From positions 13,566,404 through 13,630,403 of the forward strand of contig JAHRHZ010000056.1 of NCBI GenBank assembly GCA_024137785.1: DNA of 64,000 bases, read 5' to 3'. The notes under the pieces were generated by a model that saw only the letters and a program-made list of their open reading frames with translations, did not search any database and was not told the DNA's origin. Numbering within the stretch: the first letter of the stretch is position 1; the number at the start of each line of letters is the position of its first letter. The DNA comes from Ginglymostoma cirratum (Eukaryota). This document shows positions 1 to 12,485 of this stretch, one piece after another. The position numbers were made by a program, and so were the translations under genes.

Positions 1-720
1 CCCTGCATTTTATCATCTCAGCACATCCTCCAAAATATTTTTCTTTAGAAATTCAACAGAATACCTTTTACACTGGCTGCTTCAATAACTTCTCATGGTA
101 AGTTATTCCATACCTGCCTTAAACTACAAGAAAAATTTGACTGACTTCCCTGATAATGTCACCAGACCACAATACCTAATGCTTATCTGTGCATTTAACT
201 TCTTCCATTCAAAATAACCATACACACCCCGCCCTCCCAAGAAAAAACTAGTTGTTCTGCAATTTTGCCTCTGTTTGTGAAGAAGAACCTCCTCATGACA
301 ATGCTAAAAATCTGTTCCCCCTTGTTCTACATAGAGTTGAAATTAAAGTAGTATTCTTGATTAATCTTATTTATATCATTTATTATATTGCAAGATCACA
401 GCCCTTGCACTGCTCTTCCTGGCTTCAAACATTAATTTTTCTCTGTTGTTCTTCATAATATAGACACATTATTTGACACTTGATAATGTTTTTTGTCACT
501 GTTTTTAACACTTTGATGCCCCTCTTTCTTCTAAGACCAGAATTGGGCATTGTATTCAGAGTGTGGTCTGCTCAGAGCCCTCATCAGTTTAATTATATTT
601 TCCTCTGATTTATACTCAACAGGTTTTGCTCTGAGGTACAAAACCTTCCCCTCCTTATGCTCTATCATATTTCAATCTTTCATCACATTGAACAAGTTAA
701 TTTGACTTAATTTTCTCAAC
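1..720 (-). mobile_element. Old, highly decayed CR1-like LINE fragment
   Basis: Reverse-strand similarity to the CR1 ORF2 3' region seen in younger copies in this window (e.g. ccagaattgggcattgtattcagagtgtggtct, cacattgaa). Confidence 0.45.
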
Positions 721-3039
721 TCCCTCCATAATCTTGCAAGGTTCAATTAGATCAGCGAGTAGCTGAATTACATATGCAAACAAGGGCCCAGGTTTTGATC
801 TACGATTTCTGCTGCATTAACTGATCTCAAGCCGAGTGGTGACAGATGCTGCAAAATGCAAGGCCACAAGCTTGATTTCCCCACAACATAGCAGCATGCA
901 TTTAATTACTCTTGGCAGAAGACTTGTGTTTATGGATAAACTACTGGCATTTCCATTTAGTAAAATGGGACGGTTTCCAGCAAACGTTCAGCATCTTATT
1001 GCTAATTTTAAAAAAGAACATGTAGTTAAAAAGGTAAAATTTTAAACATTTACTAAAATTCCATCCACTAACTGCATGTCATTTGAATTACATCGTACAG
1101 TAACACTCGGAAAGTGTCATGTGTGGTCAAGTCGTTCAAATAAACCTTCAGAAACCTATTGGTGCTGCACAACGCATTTGAACTAATGACACTGAACCTA
1201 GCAGACAATGCATACAAAGAGTTTCATAATTGATTGACAAGTTTTGAATGGTCACCCTGCCCCCTTCTCCACTCGTCTCCTTTTTATTTGGGCAGCTGGA
1301 AGACAGTCTGTCTGTCTTCAAGGGTAGCTGCCCCTTGCCTTGCTAATGCTGTACCCATGACCCTGCTTATGTAAAACAGTGGCCTGGTAACTGCTATAAT
1401 ACTTACTCGTATTGGGAAATTTAAAATATCATTTAATGAGATGTAAGTAATTGCACATCAGTAAATATGGGGGAAAGGTGGAAAGACCATTTCTGATTGT
1501 TTGCAAACAGAAAATAATTACATGGTGAGGTTATCTTATTCATATGCTGTCAAACAAAATGATAAGCTATAACAACTATTGAGAGAAGTATTAGGCATGG
1601 TGCTGGATAGACAGAAAGGAACTTCTTACACACAGAACATTCAATTAGTTATTATTTTGGTGGGTAAAGTAATGATTTAGGCATAATTGTATAGTGCACA
1701 GACTGGAGATTGTTACATTTTGCCTAGCTGCTATATAGGTCACCCGCATGTTCTGATAATTACCCAAACTGGTTTAAACTTGTTCTGTGTCACAGTATCT
1801 GGTGTGTGTGTTTAGTGTTGTGAAGCTCAGAAATAAAGAGACACAGAGAAGTAAAGAATGGATCGAGTGTGGTGTGAATAGAAACGTTATTACAGAGAAC
1901 ATCGGAGGGGACAAAACTTTGGTCAGGCAGGAATTAAGGTATCTGCAGATGTTTTACAGATGGCTTTTTTAAAATACTGTTTATTTGACGAATAATTTGC
2001 AAAAGACACAATAAAATGAAAATGCACTTCAGGTTGGTCAATACCTGAAAGATAAATTGGAGTCTCTTCTTTCAACATTATTATTTACAGAGAGAATTCT
2101 CCTGAATTTTATTATGGTTTACTATTGTGAAGTTTCTGCCAAAAGCTTGCTTTACCATTCAAAGCAAGTAAGCTTCTTTCTGCACTGAACCACAACCTTT
2201 GCTTCAGCACAAGCTGCCTCTTTGAAGTAGCTCAGAATCCCTTCCTATGACTTACAGCTAGATACAATCTAATTATTACATTCCAAATTCCTTCCCAAGT
2301 TTAATTTTGTGTTTTCAGGATTTTATTTTCAATGGCAAAAGCAGGTCTTTGCCTATATATGTAAGGTTACAAACATTTACTTGATACTTTTTGACCTATG
2401 TTGCAATACTCAGAAGCCTTAACAATACTTCAATGCTTGCCCTCTCCCTACTACATCTAATTTTAATTGAATGTAGTCTTGAAAGTTTCATTATATGACC
2501 ACTCACCTCCAACCACTTCAAGGAGTCTTTCTGCCCATCTCCAATAACTTCTATAAATAATAATTTGGTGTGTTTGTTTGCACTTTTTCCACAGTCCCTG
2601 TGCTTTTACTCTTGGTTTGCTAGCAGCAACGCCCAGGAGATCAAACTTGAATTGCTGAAGACACTGGGACAATTCTAGACAAGCTGAGAGAAACCTACTT
2701 CCATTTCAGGATCTCCAAAAATGTTTTGATATGGTTGGGGTGAAACATGTTTGTTCCTATCATGTGTGTTCTTCAGGTCATATTAAATCAAAAGACACTA
2801 AGGATGCGTCTTTCTCTCAATAATAATTGTAAAATTGCTGGAAAGATTTAATTATTACATGTTATTCATTGCTGCAAGTAATAACTTGAAGCACCTTAAT
2901 TTAGCATGACCCTGCCCTAGTTCTAATAAAACTTCTCACGGGCACTCTTTTTCATGTAGAATAAAGCACAGTGTCCAAACAGTAACACGATGTAGGTTTG
3001 AGACATTACTGCAAACACACACATAACATTCAAACAACA

Positions 3040-3660
3040 ATAACTTCCATCTACGTACAGCCTGCAATGTAAAAAATCTTACAATGTGTTCGGCATTTAT
3101 CTAATGAGATAAAAATGAGTGTTGAGAAATTAGCAGAAATGACCAAACGCTTAATCAAAGAGATCAGTTGAAAGTAGGCCTTTTGTGGAGGAAAGGGAAG
3201 TTGAAAGTTTGAGAGTTTTCAAGGATGAATTCCATTGCTTCAGGCCTAGGTGGATAAAGGCATGGCCACCAGCAACAAGGCAAAGGGAATTAGGTATGTG
3301 CAAGTTAGGTGGATTGGCTATGCTAAATTGCCCATAGTGTGTAGGTTAGATGCATTAGCCATAGGAAAATGCAGGGTTACAGGGATATAGTAGGGGGAAT
3401 GGGTGTGGGTGGGATACTCTTTAGGGGTTTGGTTGGACTTGTTGGGCCAAATGACCTGTTTCCTTACTGTATGGGTACTATGATTTTAAAGTCAGCATTT
3501 AGGTAGGGTATTGTTGGGCTGGAAGAGTTATGGAAATGAAAAGGGACCAGGTCATGAGGGATGTAAATATGTTGAGACTTTTCAGGGCATTAGGGGAGCT
3601 AAAGGTAGTAAAGACTTGTAGAGGTGTGGGTAAGGAATGGAATATGGTCAAAAAATAGAA
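3040..3660 (-). mobile_element. Decayed L2-like LINE 3' fragment, interrupted by a SINE
   Basis: Shares the blocks aaatgaccaaa-gctt...aaagag and gaattcca...aggcctag with similar fragments at 8600-8990 and 63700-64000. Confidence 0.45.
3295..3485 (+). mobile_element. 5'-truncated HE1/V-SINE-type SINE
   Basis: gttaggtggattggctatgctaaattgccc...gacttgttgggccaaatgacctgtttcc...tatgatt matches the 3' half of the SINE at 19051-19366. Confidence 0.8.
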
Positions 3661-3919
3661 AGTACTTGAGTTGTAACTCTATCTCCAACCAACGCAGCTT
3701 TTAATTAAGCTGGACAGGTGGCTTCCAGAATTGCTGAAATTTCCATATAGAATGTCAGCTGGCCTTCAAAAGCTGCCAACCCATTTGGAGAACTGGAAGC
3801 ACAGTAGCACCCTAGAGGATGAGGATACATTGATGGCTGTGCACCCTCGGAGTCAGGTTTGGGTTCCTGGCGGTGCCGAGTCCAGCGAGGGCTGTACCTG
3901 GGGCAGGGTACCATTAGTT

Positions 3920-4140
3920 TGCTAAGGATATTAGCAGCATGGCTGTGCAGCAGTCAGAGAACTCCCCTACTCTTCTTAGAAAATCGCTAGGGAATCTTTT
4001 ATGCTTTTGCTAGAAAGGCAGGCAAGGCTTTGTTTAAATGTTTCACTCACTGCTCCAGTGAAATGAAAACCTAGATTCTTGGGTACAATTGGTGTTGAAT
4101 CCACAGCCCTGCCACTCAGAGGCAAGAGAACCATCATAAA
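3920..4140 (-). mobile_element. Deu-domain SINE relic (SacSINE/AmnSINE-like)
   Basis: gagaactcccctactcttctt...gggaatcttttat...gtttaaatgtttca resembles the reverse complement of the Deu core; decayed tRNA-like head near 4090-4135. Confidence 0.55.
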
Positions 4141-4920
4141 GTCTCCAAATAAGAGCTTCAACTCTTTAACACAGCATGGTAATCAACCTTACAGGCAACA
4201 ATTGAAAGAAAAACTGGCTTATTTTGGAGCCAACAAATGGCAATCACTGCTTTCTATGGCTTTATTGGGCCTCAAAGGACCACAGGGAGACTTCTGGAGC
4301 TAATGGTTGCTCAAGCCAGCCCAACCTCCTGAACATTCAATCTCCTTGCATCACATTTTTGTACGTTATTAATTTGGTAATGATTTTTTTCCTGGTATTG
4401 TGACAGGAGCTACAGCTAACAGCAAGAGAAGGCAGATGTTTTTCTTGAGCACTTTTGTTGAGAACTGAAGGCCAATTTTCATATATCTGTGGTCTTTGCT
4501 TCCAAACTTGATAATTGCAGCTGAATCTTTCATCTCCAACATGTGAAACTCATTAAAGAGGTGGAAATTAAAATAGGAAGCAAGCAAGTTTAATCATGCC
4601 TGGCTGGTTTCAGTCTCTTTTGATAGAAGTGTTAATTTCAGTTCAGATGATTTTATTTATTTTCCTTTGATTTCCGGAAGCTTGACTCAACCTGTGGTCA
4701 GGTGATCACTGCAGTAATTTTTAAGTCAGTGCCTTGTTTTGCTTTTTTGAAACCATGTCAATCCATGAAAGACTCAGGTACTAAAATCAAATGATGAAAG
4801 TTGATAGTCCATATTTCCAATGTTCTAAAAGAGTCAATTTACCTTCACCCTCAAAGTTAATGGACCCTTTAAAATATTTCTTGATCCAAATCCACATCTT
4901 TGCCAAAAACTAGTCTGGGG

Positions 4921-6765
4921 CTTTGGTCAAGAAAACGGAGGCATACAGACAGCTGGAATTGAGTGAATCTGTTGAGGAGTGTATGGGAAGTAGGAATATA
5001 CTCAAGAGGGAAATCAGGAGGGCAAGAAGGAGACATGAGATAGCTTTGGCAAATAGGGATAAGAAGAATCCAAAGACATTCTACAAATACATTGGCAAAG
5101 GACAGGACCCATTATTTTGCATCAGTATTTACTGTAGAGAAGGATACAGTAGCTGGAGAAGTTGGGGAAATGAGTAGTGGTATCTTGAAAATTATCCACA
5201 TTAAAGAACAGGAGGTGCTGGATGTCTTAAAATGCATAAAGGTGGATAAAACCCCTGGACTTGATCAGATGAACCCTAGAACTTTGTGGGAAGCTCGGGA
5301 AGTGATTGCTGGGCCCCTTGCTGAGAAATTTTTATCATCAATAGCCACAGGTGAGGTGCTGGAAGGTGGCTAGTGTGGTGCCATTATTTAATATAGGCAG
5401 AAAGGAAAATCCAGGGAACTATAGACTGGTGGGCCTGACGTCAGTTGTGGGTAAGTTGTTGGAGGGGATTCTGAGGAACAGGATTTACATGTATTTGGAA
5501 AGGCAAGAACTGATTAGGGATCATCAACATGGCATTATGCATGGGAAATCTTGTCTCACTAACTTGATTAACTTTTGTGAAGAAGTTTAAAGAAGGCAGA
5601 GTGATAGACATTGTCTATGGGGACTTCAGCAAGATATTCAACAAGGTTCCGCGTGGTAGATTGGTTAACAAGGTTAGATCACATGCAATCCAGGGAAAGC
5701 TAACCATTTGGATACAACATTGGTTTGAAGATAGAGACAGAGGGTGGTTTTTCAGACTGAAAGCCTGTGATCAGCAGTGTGCTGCAAGGATCAGTGCTGG
5801 GTCCTCTCCTTTTTGTCACTTATATAAATGAATTGCATGTGAATATAGGAGGAATGGTTAGTTGTTTTACAGATGACACCAAAATTGGTGGTGTAGCGGA
5901 CAGTGAAGAAGATTATCTCAGAATACAATGGGACCTTGATTAGATGGGCCAATGGGCCCAGGAGTGGCAGATGAAGTTTAATTTAGATAAATGTGAGGTG
6001 TTGCATTTTGGTAGGGCAAATCAGGGCAGGACTTATACACTTAATAGTAGGGCCTGGGAAGTGTTGCCAAACAAAGATATCTTGGGGTACAGGTTCATAG
6101 TTCCTTGAACATGGAGTCACAGGTACATAGGATAGTGAAGAAAGCATTTGGTACACTTGCCTTTGCTGGTCATTGCATTGAGTATAGGAGTTGGGATGTC
6201 ATGTTGAGGCTGTACAGGACATTAGTTAGGGCAGTTTTGGAATATTACACTCAATTCTGGCCTCCCTGCTATAAGAAAGATTTTGTTGATAGGTTTCAGA
6301 AAAGATTCACAAGAATGTTTCTGGGATTGAAGAGTTTGAGCTATAGGGAGAGACTGAATAGGCTGGGGCTATTTTCCCTGGAGTGTCGGAGACTGAGGGG
6401 TGACCTTCTAGAGGTTTATAAAATCATGAGGGTCATGGATAGGGTGAATAGCCAAGGTCTTTTCCCCAGGGTGGGGGAGTCCAAAACTAGACGGCATAGG
6501 TTTAACGTGAGAGGGAAAGATTTCAAAAGGACCTGAGGGGTAACTTTTTCATGCAGAGGATGGTGTGTGTTTGGAACAAACAAGTGGTGGAGGTGGGTAC
6601 AATTATAACATTTAAAGGCATCTGGATGCGTATATGAATAGGAAGGGTTTAAAGGAATATGGGCCAAATGCTGGCAAATGGGATTAGGTCAAAATTGGAT
6701 GTCTGGTCGACTGGGATGAATTGAGTGAAAGGGTCTGTTTCCGTGCTGTACAACTCTATGACTCA
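4921..6765 (+). mobile_element. CR1 LINE, 5'-truncated, ORF2/RT pseudogenised by frameshifts and stops
   Basis: Fragments KNPKTFYKY, DKTPGLD, PGNYRLVGLTSVVGKLLE, QHGIMHGKSCLTNL, DFSKIFNKVP, FTDDTK (~5865), LYRTLVRAVLEY, RRLRGDLLEVYKIM, followed by a 3' UTR ending ctctatgactc. Confidence 0.95.
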
Positions 6766-7964
6766 CGTCAATACTTCCTCGAACCATAATTGATCTGTGT
6801 TGTATGTTTTCTTGAAAGCTATCTATTAGTTTTTGAGATATATTATTTACAGACAAACTGACTAACAAATGGAGTGAACACATTACCACTACTCATCTTC
6901 AAAAGTAGAGCTAACAAGGTACATTTTTCAAAAAGACAAAATAATAATGAACAGTGAAATAAAGTTTGATATGATCTTCCAAGATAGCTGATGACTTCTC
7001 CAAAGATGGATTAGAGGAAATTTTATATATAATCTACCGCAGAGTCTTGCTGAATATAATTTATTTTGCAAACTCAGCAGGAGATAGGGGGTAGAAAATA
7101 AGTTGGTCATAATGTCGATAGAGAATTAGATTTCCAACAACCAAAAATAGAAGAACTTCAAGAGCAGCAAAGACAACATATTAGACTTAAAACACACTGC
7201 TATTGTGCAAAATGAATCACAAATTTACTGTTGAGAAATACAGAAAATAACAGACATAATTTCATCAGGAAATTTATGCAGACACATTGAGAACAGCGGT
7301 TTGATAATCTCCATCTGACGTCCAACTTTCCAATGACATTCTGGCAAGATGCTTTATTCAAATTTAAAAGAAACTGCTTAAAAGAATGGACAAAATTGTA
7401 AGGAATTTCCCTCCAACCTCCAACTTGACGTGTTCGTAAAAAGAGGCAACTATTTCAGTGATAGTGCCCAGCTCTAGGAATTTGGAGGAAAACCATCCTT
7501 ATAAATAAAACTGAAAAAAATTGTCCAAAAATTGTAAGATTATCGGAGGAAAGCAGATCAAGAATGAGTAAGTAATATATGAGAATATGTGAAATGTAAA
7601 CAAGATATAAGGGTAAAGTAAGTTGACTGTGATGTTTTAATTTGAGGAAATGGGTGTTTGGCGAACATCAAATGATGAAATGTGATATCAAATGCTGACA
7701 ATGATGGAAATGATGATCAAGAATATTGAGCAGCAAGACAGACAAGATAAACAGGTCTGATAAAGAGAGAAGCCAGATCTTTTATTCCTGTCACGCATTC
7801 TTGTCTTGAAGGCTGCTTTGGACATTCATAACTAAACCTGCATTTTGGCAATGAAAAGTGTTTTCCCAAAGCGAATGCAGTCTATGATTGAAAGAAAGTG
7901 AACTTTGTTCAGTGTCAGTGAGACTCAAATGTCTGCCTTCTGATGTAAATTAATAGTGAATGGA

Positions 7965-8170
7965 CAAGGGACTGAGTTGATTAGTTGGTTGCCCACCGTT
8001 CTTTCACCTCTGATATTTGGGGTTAAATGCAGCTGAGACTAATGGAAAGTCTGTTCTCTCTGCTCTCTTAGGATTCTAAGAGAAATGAGTCTGGAAATAC
8101 TTGCAAGAGGAAAGTCAACAGTGCAAAACTTCCACAAATTAGTGTTAAACTGGCAATCTCACATAGTGAT
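7965..8170 (+). mobile_element. LF-SINE-like ancient SINE relic
   Basis: Ordered blocks CTTTCACCTCT, GGTTAAATGCAGC, GAAAGTC, GAAATGAGT, CAAAACTTCCACAAATT, TGGCAATCTCA resemble the LF-SINE consensus as I recall it. Confidence 0.5.
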
Positions 8171-9002
8171 AGACTTGGCTCAGTTAAATTGAACATCCCA
8201 GATCAGAGTTCAATATGAATCCAATGTTGATTATAATTTAAGTAAGCAACTACACAGGTATAACAAAGAAGGGCAAGATAGGACTATCCAATCTGGCCAG
8301 TTGTTATACCTCACACTATGTTATCTCACCTGGGGTCCATTTTCAGTTCTCATTTGTTCTGTTCACATTGAGAAATAGGGAGACAGGCAAGTGAAACATT
8401 TTAAAAAGCCGACTTCCCAACTCGATATGGGGAAACAGAATTCCAGCTCAAGTCATATGGTTGTTTTCTAATACTACATAAAAAAAAGGTGTCTTAGGCT
8501 GCCCATAGTAACCCAACATCATTGAGTAGGACATTGAATACTTTTGAGTTGGGCATGCTCTGTGCACACTGTCCCCTCCCCCTATACCCACCCACCACTT
8601 GGTATTGGACAACAAGACTGTAAGTTTATGCAACACCTTCAACATAATAAAATATCTGAAGGAGCTTTATAGAAGTGTTCTCAAGCAAAATATGACACAT
8701 AAGAGGACATTGGGACAAATGGCCAAAGATTTTGACAAAAGGTATGTTGTAAATCGCCTCTTAAATGAGGAAGGAGAGGCAGAGTGGTGCAGAGGTGTAG
8801 AGAGGGAATTCCAGAGATTAGGCTCTAAGTACATGAAGAATGGCCTCCAGTGGTGGAACATTTAAAATCGGGGATTCTCAAATGGCCTGAATCAGATAGA
8901 TACCAATATCCGGATGGTCGCGAGGCTGGAGGAGATTACAGAATTAAGGAAGATTAAGGCCATGATGTACTTGTGAAGAAAAATGAAGAATGATAAAATT
9001 GA

Positions 9003-9570
9003 ATCAGAGATAATAGGTACTGCAGATGCTGGAGAATCCGAGATAACAAGNNNNNNNNNNNNNNNNNNNNNNNNNNNNNNNNNNNNNNNNNNNNNNNNNN
9101 NNNNNNNNNNNNNNNNNNNNNNNNNNNNNNNNNNNNNNNNNNNNNNNNNNNNNNNNNNNNNNNNNNNNNNNNNNNNNNNNNNNNNNNNNNNNNNNNNNNN
9201 NNNNNNNNNNNNNNNNNNNNNNNNNNNNNNNNNNNNNNNNNNNNNNNNNNNNNNNNNNNNNNNNNNNNNNNNNNNNNNNNNNNNNNNNNNNNNNNNNNNN
9301 NNNNNNNNNNNNNNNNNNNNNNNNNNNNNNNNNNNNNNNNNNNNNNNNNNNNNNNNNNNNNNNNNNNNNNNNNNNNNNNNNNNNNNNNNNNNNNNNNNNN
9401 NNNNNNNNNNNNNNNNNNNNNNNNNNNNNNNNNNNNNNNNNNNNNNNNNNCTTGACGTTTCGGGCCTAGACTCTTCATCAGAAAAGGGTCTAGGCCCGAA
9501 ACGTCAAGCTTTCCTGCTCCTATGATGCTGCTTGGCCTGCTGTGTTCATCCAGCTCCACAACTTGTTATC
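9003..9570. mobile_element. Penelope-like (PLE) pseudo-LTR-derived inverted-repeat element with 14-bp TSD
   Basis: Flanking direct repeat AATGATAAAATTGA at 8989-9002 and 9571-9584. Perfect 21-bp inverted arms at 9451-9471 and 9488-9508. GATAACAAG just before the gap mirrors CTTGTTATC at 9562-9570. Confidence 0.8.
9051..9450. other. Assembly gap (400 N)
   Basis: Run of n; round length suggests a placeholder size. Confidence 1.
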
Positions 9571-9595
9571 AATGATAAAATTGAGTTTTTTTACT

Positions 9596-9830
9596 TAATA
9601 AAAACTGAAAGAACTGCGGATGCTGTAAATCAGGAACAAAAACAGAAGTTGCTGGAAAAGCACAGCAGGCCTGGCAGCATCCGTGAAGAAAAAAATCAGA
9701 GTTAACGTTTCGGGTCTGTTGACCCTTTCTGGGGTCACCGGACCCAAAACGTTAACTCCCATTTTTTCTTCACAGATGCTGCGAGACCTGTTGAGATTTT
9801 CAACAACTTCTGGGTTTTTTTTCTTGATTC
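9596..9830. mobile_element. PLE-derived inverted-repeat element (second subfamily)
   Basis: Arms ~9640-9725 and ~9731-9812 are reverse complements around a ~5-nt spacer; contains GGGTC..GACCC-GAAACGTTAAC on the minus strand. Same subfamily as the PLE end at 13600-13705. Confidence 0.8.
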
Positions 9831-11384
9831 AAAGCCATTATTGGGTGACAGGCACTAAGTTGATGGGAGAATAGGACTCATTGGATTAAGGACATAGGCA
9901 GCAGAGTTTTAGATGGCCTCATATTCCTAGGTGGTGGGATGTAAAAGTCTAGCCAAGACAACAAATGTTTTCCTACCTCTGTCGCCAAGGCTTGGAAGCT
10001 TGGAAGGGAGTTTAGTGCCCTGAAATGGGTAGCATGCAATCAAATGAATAAGACTTGTTCAACTTGTTAAGGCTTTTGAAATGTTTAGGGGGGATAAAGT
10101 AATTATTAAACATTACAAAAATATATATTTTCAGTCTATTAAGAATACAGGTTATATGTAACCATGGGCTGATCTAAAAGCATTTCTAGTACTATCCATC
10201 TTGATGGACAAGTCACTGCAATTGCCAAGAACCCCTGCAGATGGAAATGACAGGGCAATCATTGTGTTCAACAAATTAACTTAGTACATCACTGTGAGTC
10301 ATGACTCGATCACTGCAGCCTTTTGTAGGACCTTCATTTTTTTTCTACCTACAATAGATCCTCCTAGAATCATTAACGAATTGAAAGGCAAATGGCCTAG
10401 TTTGGAACCTGAGTTCATAGTCAGTAAATAAACCACTGAAAAATGGCCTTCAGCAAACCTTTTGGTTTACATGAAATGGAGTCATTGTTGAAATAATTTG
10501 TTTAAAGGCAAATTCAAATCATTTTGGCATGCATTCATTTTCAATTCAGATCAATCTTCCTCAAAGACAATTTGACAGTCTATTCAAATCACTTGTTGTA
10601 ATTGTCAGCAATAGGGTTCAGTTCCTATGGCACCAGGCAATTATAAATAATATTCCATTGGATCCATCTGCTTTTCTTGATGGGGAATATTGTGTTCTAG
10701 TTCTCCACCCTTTTAACAGAAAATGTAGTCACACAATTAGTCACCAATCAGAATGTTTTACACAAACTGTCAACAATAGACAAGTCCTGGGTTTGAGAGT
10801 TTCATGCATGCTTCAAATGCAGTTGAATACTGTCCTGGGACAGTAAGAATACTGAACTGTCAATTTACAGCAAGCATGAAGTTCCAGGAGCTAGCTGTGC
10901 AAATTGTTGTGGTTAGCTTTCAAGATCCCTGCAAGAAATTCCATTTCTCCTAAGAAGATATATCAAAATAAAGTAGAACATTGGTTTCTCATATGGTTCA
11001 TTCAGGACATAAAACATCTGTATTAAAAAAGCATTTGATGCCTCCGATGAACTGGTGAATGAATTACCATATGTTCCCTTTAACAAAACTGATTACCTGC
11101 ACTTCCATTTACATCACAGTGAAGTGGGTCTCCAGAGGCCACTCATCTTAAACAGTAGTCACCCACAGTTACCTGCAGTTCCCTTTGGGACCAGCTCATT
11201 ATTGGTCTCTGAGGCTCTACTCCAACTCCATCTCTACTTTCTCCTTCAAACACGCATCCTGATGGCTCCACCTGGCTCCCATGCTCACAGACTCATCAAT
11301 CATGTACCCCATCTGTTCTCTGCCTATTCCAGCCTTGAGACACATTCCCAAATCAAAAGCCTGCTGAAAAGAAACTGAGAGTAC

Positions 11385-11480
11385 TTTCTTAGGGTCACAG
11401 ACCTAGAATCTTAAATCTTTTCAATCTCCAGAGATGCTGCTAGATCTGCTGAGTGTTTCCTGTACTCTCTGACTTTAATC
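11385..11480 (+). mobile_element. Decayed PLE pseudo-LTR arm
   Basis: gggtcacagacc...ctccagagatgctgctagatctgctgagtgtttcc matches the right arm of 9596-9830; a further decayed arm lies at ~11676-11755. Confidence 0.5.
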
Positions 11481-11904
11481 CTGAGTCTCAGTCTTGGTTC
11501 ATTCTAGCTATGACTGACAGACCAAATTCTTTACTTGACTTGCAGGTAAGGTCCTATCCAAAGAAAGCACTTAAAAATAGCAGCACCCTTGTTCCTAACT
11601 CACAAGCAGAAGAATAGCTAAGACCAAATACTTTCTGTTCAATATCATCCTACTTCGCCAAGACATTCATGATGCTTTGATGAAAGTTCCCACTGGATAT
11701 CTTTTTTTCAGATACTGACGTGCTTGTCGAATACTTCCAGCCTTTGCTGTTTTCTCGATTCTTTTCTCACATTTGTGATTTTGCTTTTGAGCTTCCTTTT
11801 TATTTTGTGATGGTTAGGTACACAATTGTGAGTGCATCATATTCAATCACGAGATTACCAATTAATTTAACAGACAAATAGAAAAGGGAAATATATAAAA
11901 TAGA

Positions 11905-12350
11905 GAGTGCGTTTATATTATCCTTTCAGTATTTTAAAGCTTGTCCTAAGTGCTGTGCAGCCAATCAACTGCTGTTGAAGTAAGAACACTGTTGCATATA
12001 TGTTGAATGCACTTTATTGCATTTCTTATGCCTTGCATGCAAACTTGAATGTGAATTTGATATAGTTCAGCCCTATGAGCAACAAATGAAATAAATGATG
12101 AGTGAATTTGTTTTGGTCCTATTGATTGTGGAAAACAATGTTTTCTAGGGCACTAGGGGATCTCACTGCCTTTCTTCAAATGCATGCAGCTGAGCAGACC
12201 TCAGTTTGACATCTCATGTGGCTAAATGACATCATCTCCAAAGATATTACGCTGTCAGTTATCCAGGCTCAGTCAAGATTATGTGATGAAGTTACGAACT
12301 GCAAACAAAAGATTCTGACTTAGATGCAAGTCCTACCCCTAAGCCAAGGT
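11905..12350 (-). mobile_element. Deu-domain SINE relic
   Basis: Reverse-strand Deu-like core (cagacctcagtttgacatctcat; gggcactaggggatctcactgcctttcttcaaa), tRNA-like head near 12290-12350 and L2-like tail near 11910-11990. Confidence 0.55.
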
Positions 12351-12485
12351 TATACTTTAAGAAAGTGTAACTTTTTTTGGAAATAAATCCTTTTCAATTC
12401 ATTGCAACGCCAACATTTTCAATTAGCTTGACTGGTAGTGGGGCCCCAGCTTTTCACTATACATAGGATTGTTTTAGATAAAGAA

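Larger units (their letters stand above)
8600..9960 (-). mobile_element. Decayed L2-like LINE fragment (8600-8990 and 9830-9960) split by two Penelope-derived hairpin elements
   Basis: Same blocks as the other L2-like fragments (gagggaattccagagattaggc, ggcagcagagttttagatg); the sequence resumes after the inserts. Confidence 0.5.

Noticed and set aside
8954-9559. 201-aa and 180-aa ORFs in the track
   Set aside because: Their length comes from the N gap translated as X; the flanks are non-coding PLE arm sequence.
9596-9830. DNA-transposon MITE or pre-miRNA interpretation of the long hairpins
   Set aside because: The arms match the pseudo-LTR attached to a Penelope ORF end at 13600-14310, are asymmetric in length, and related copies have 14-16 bp TSDs.
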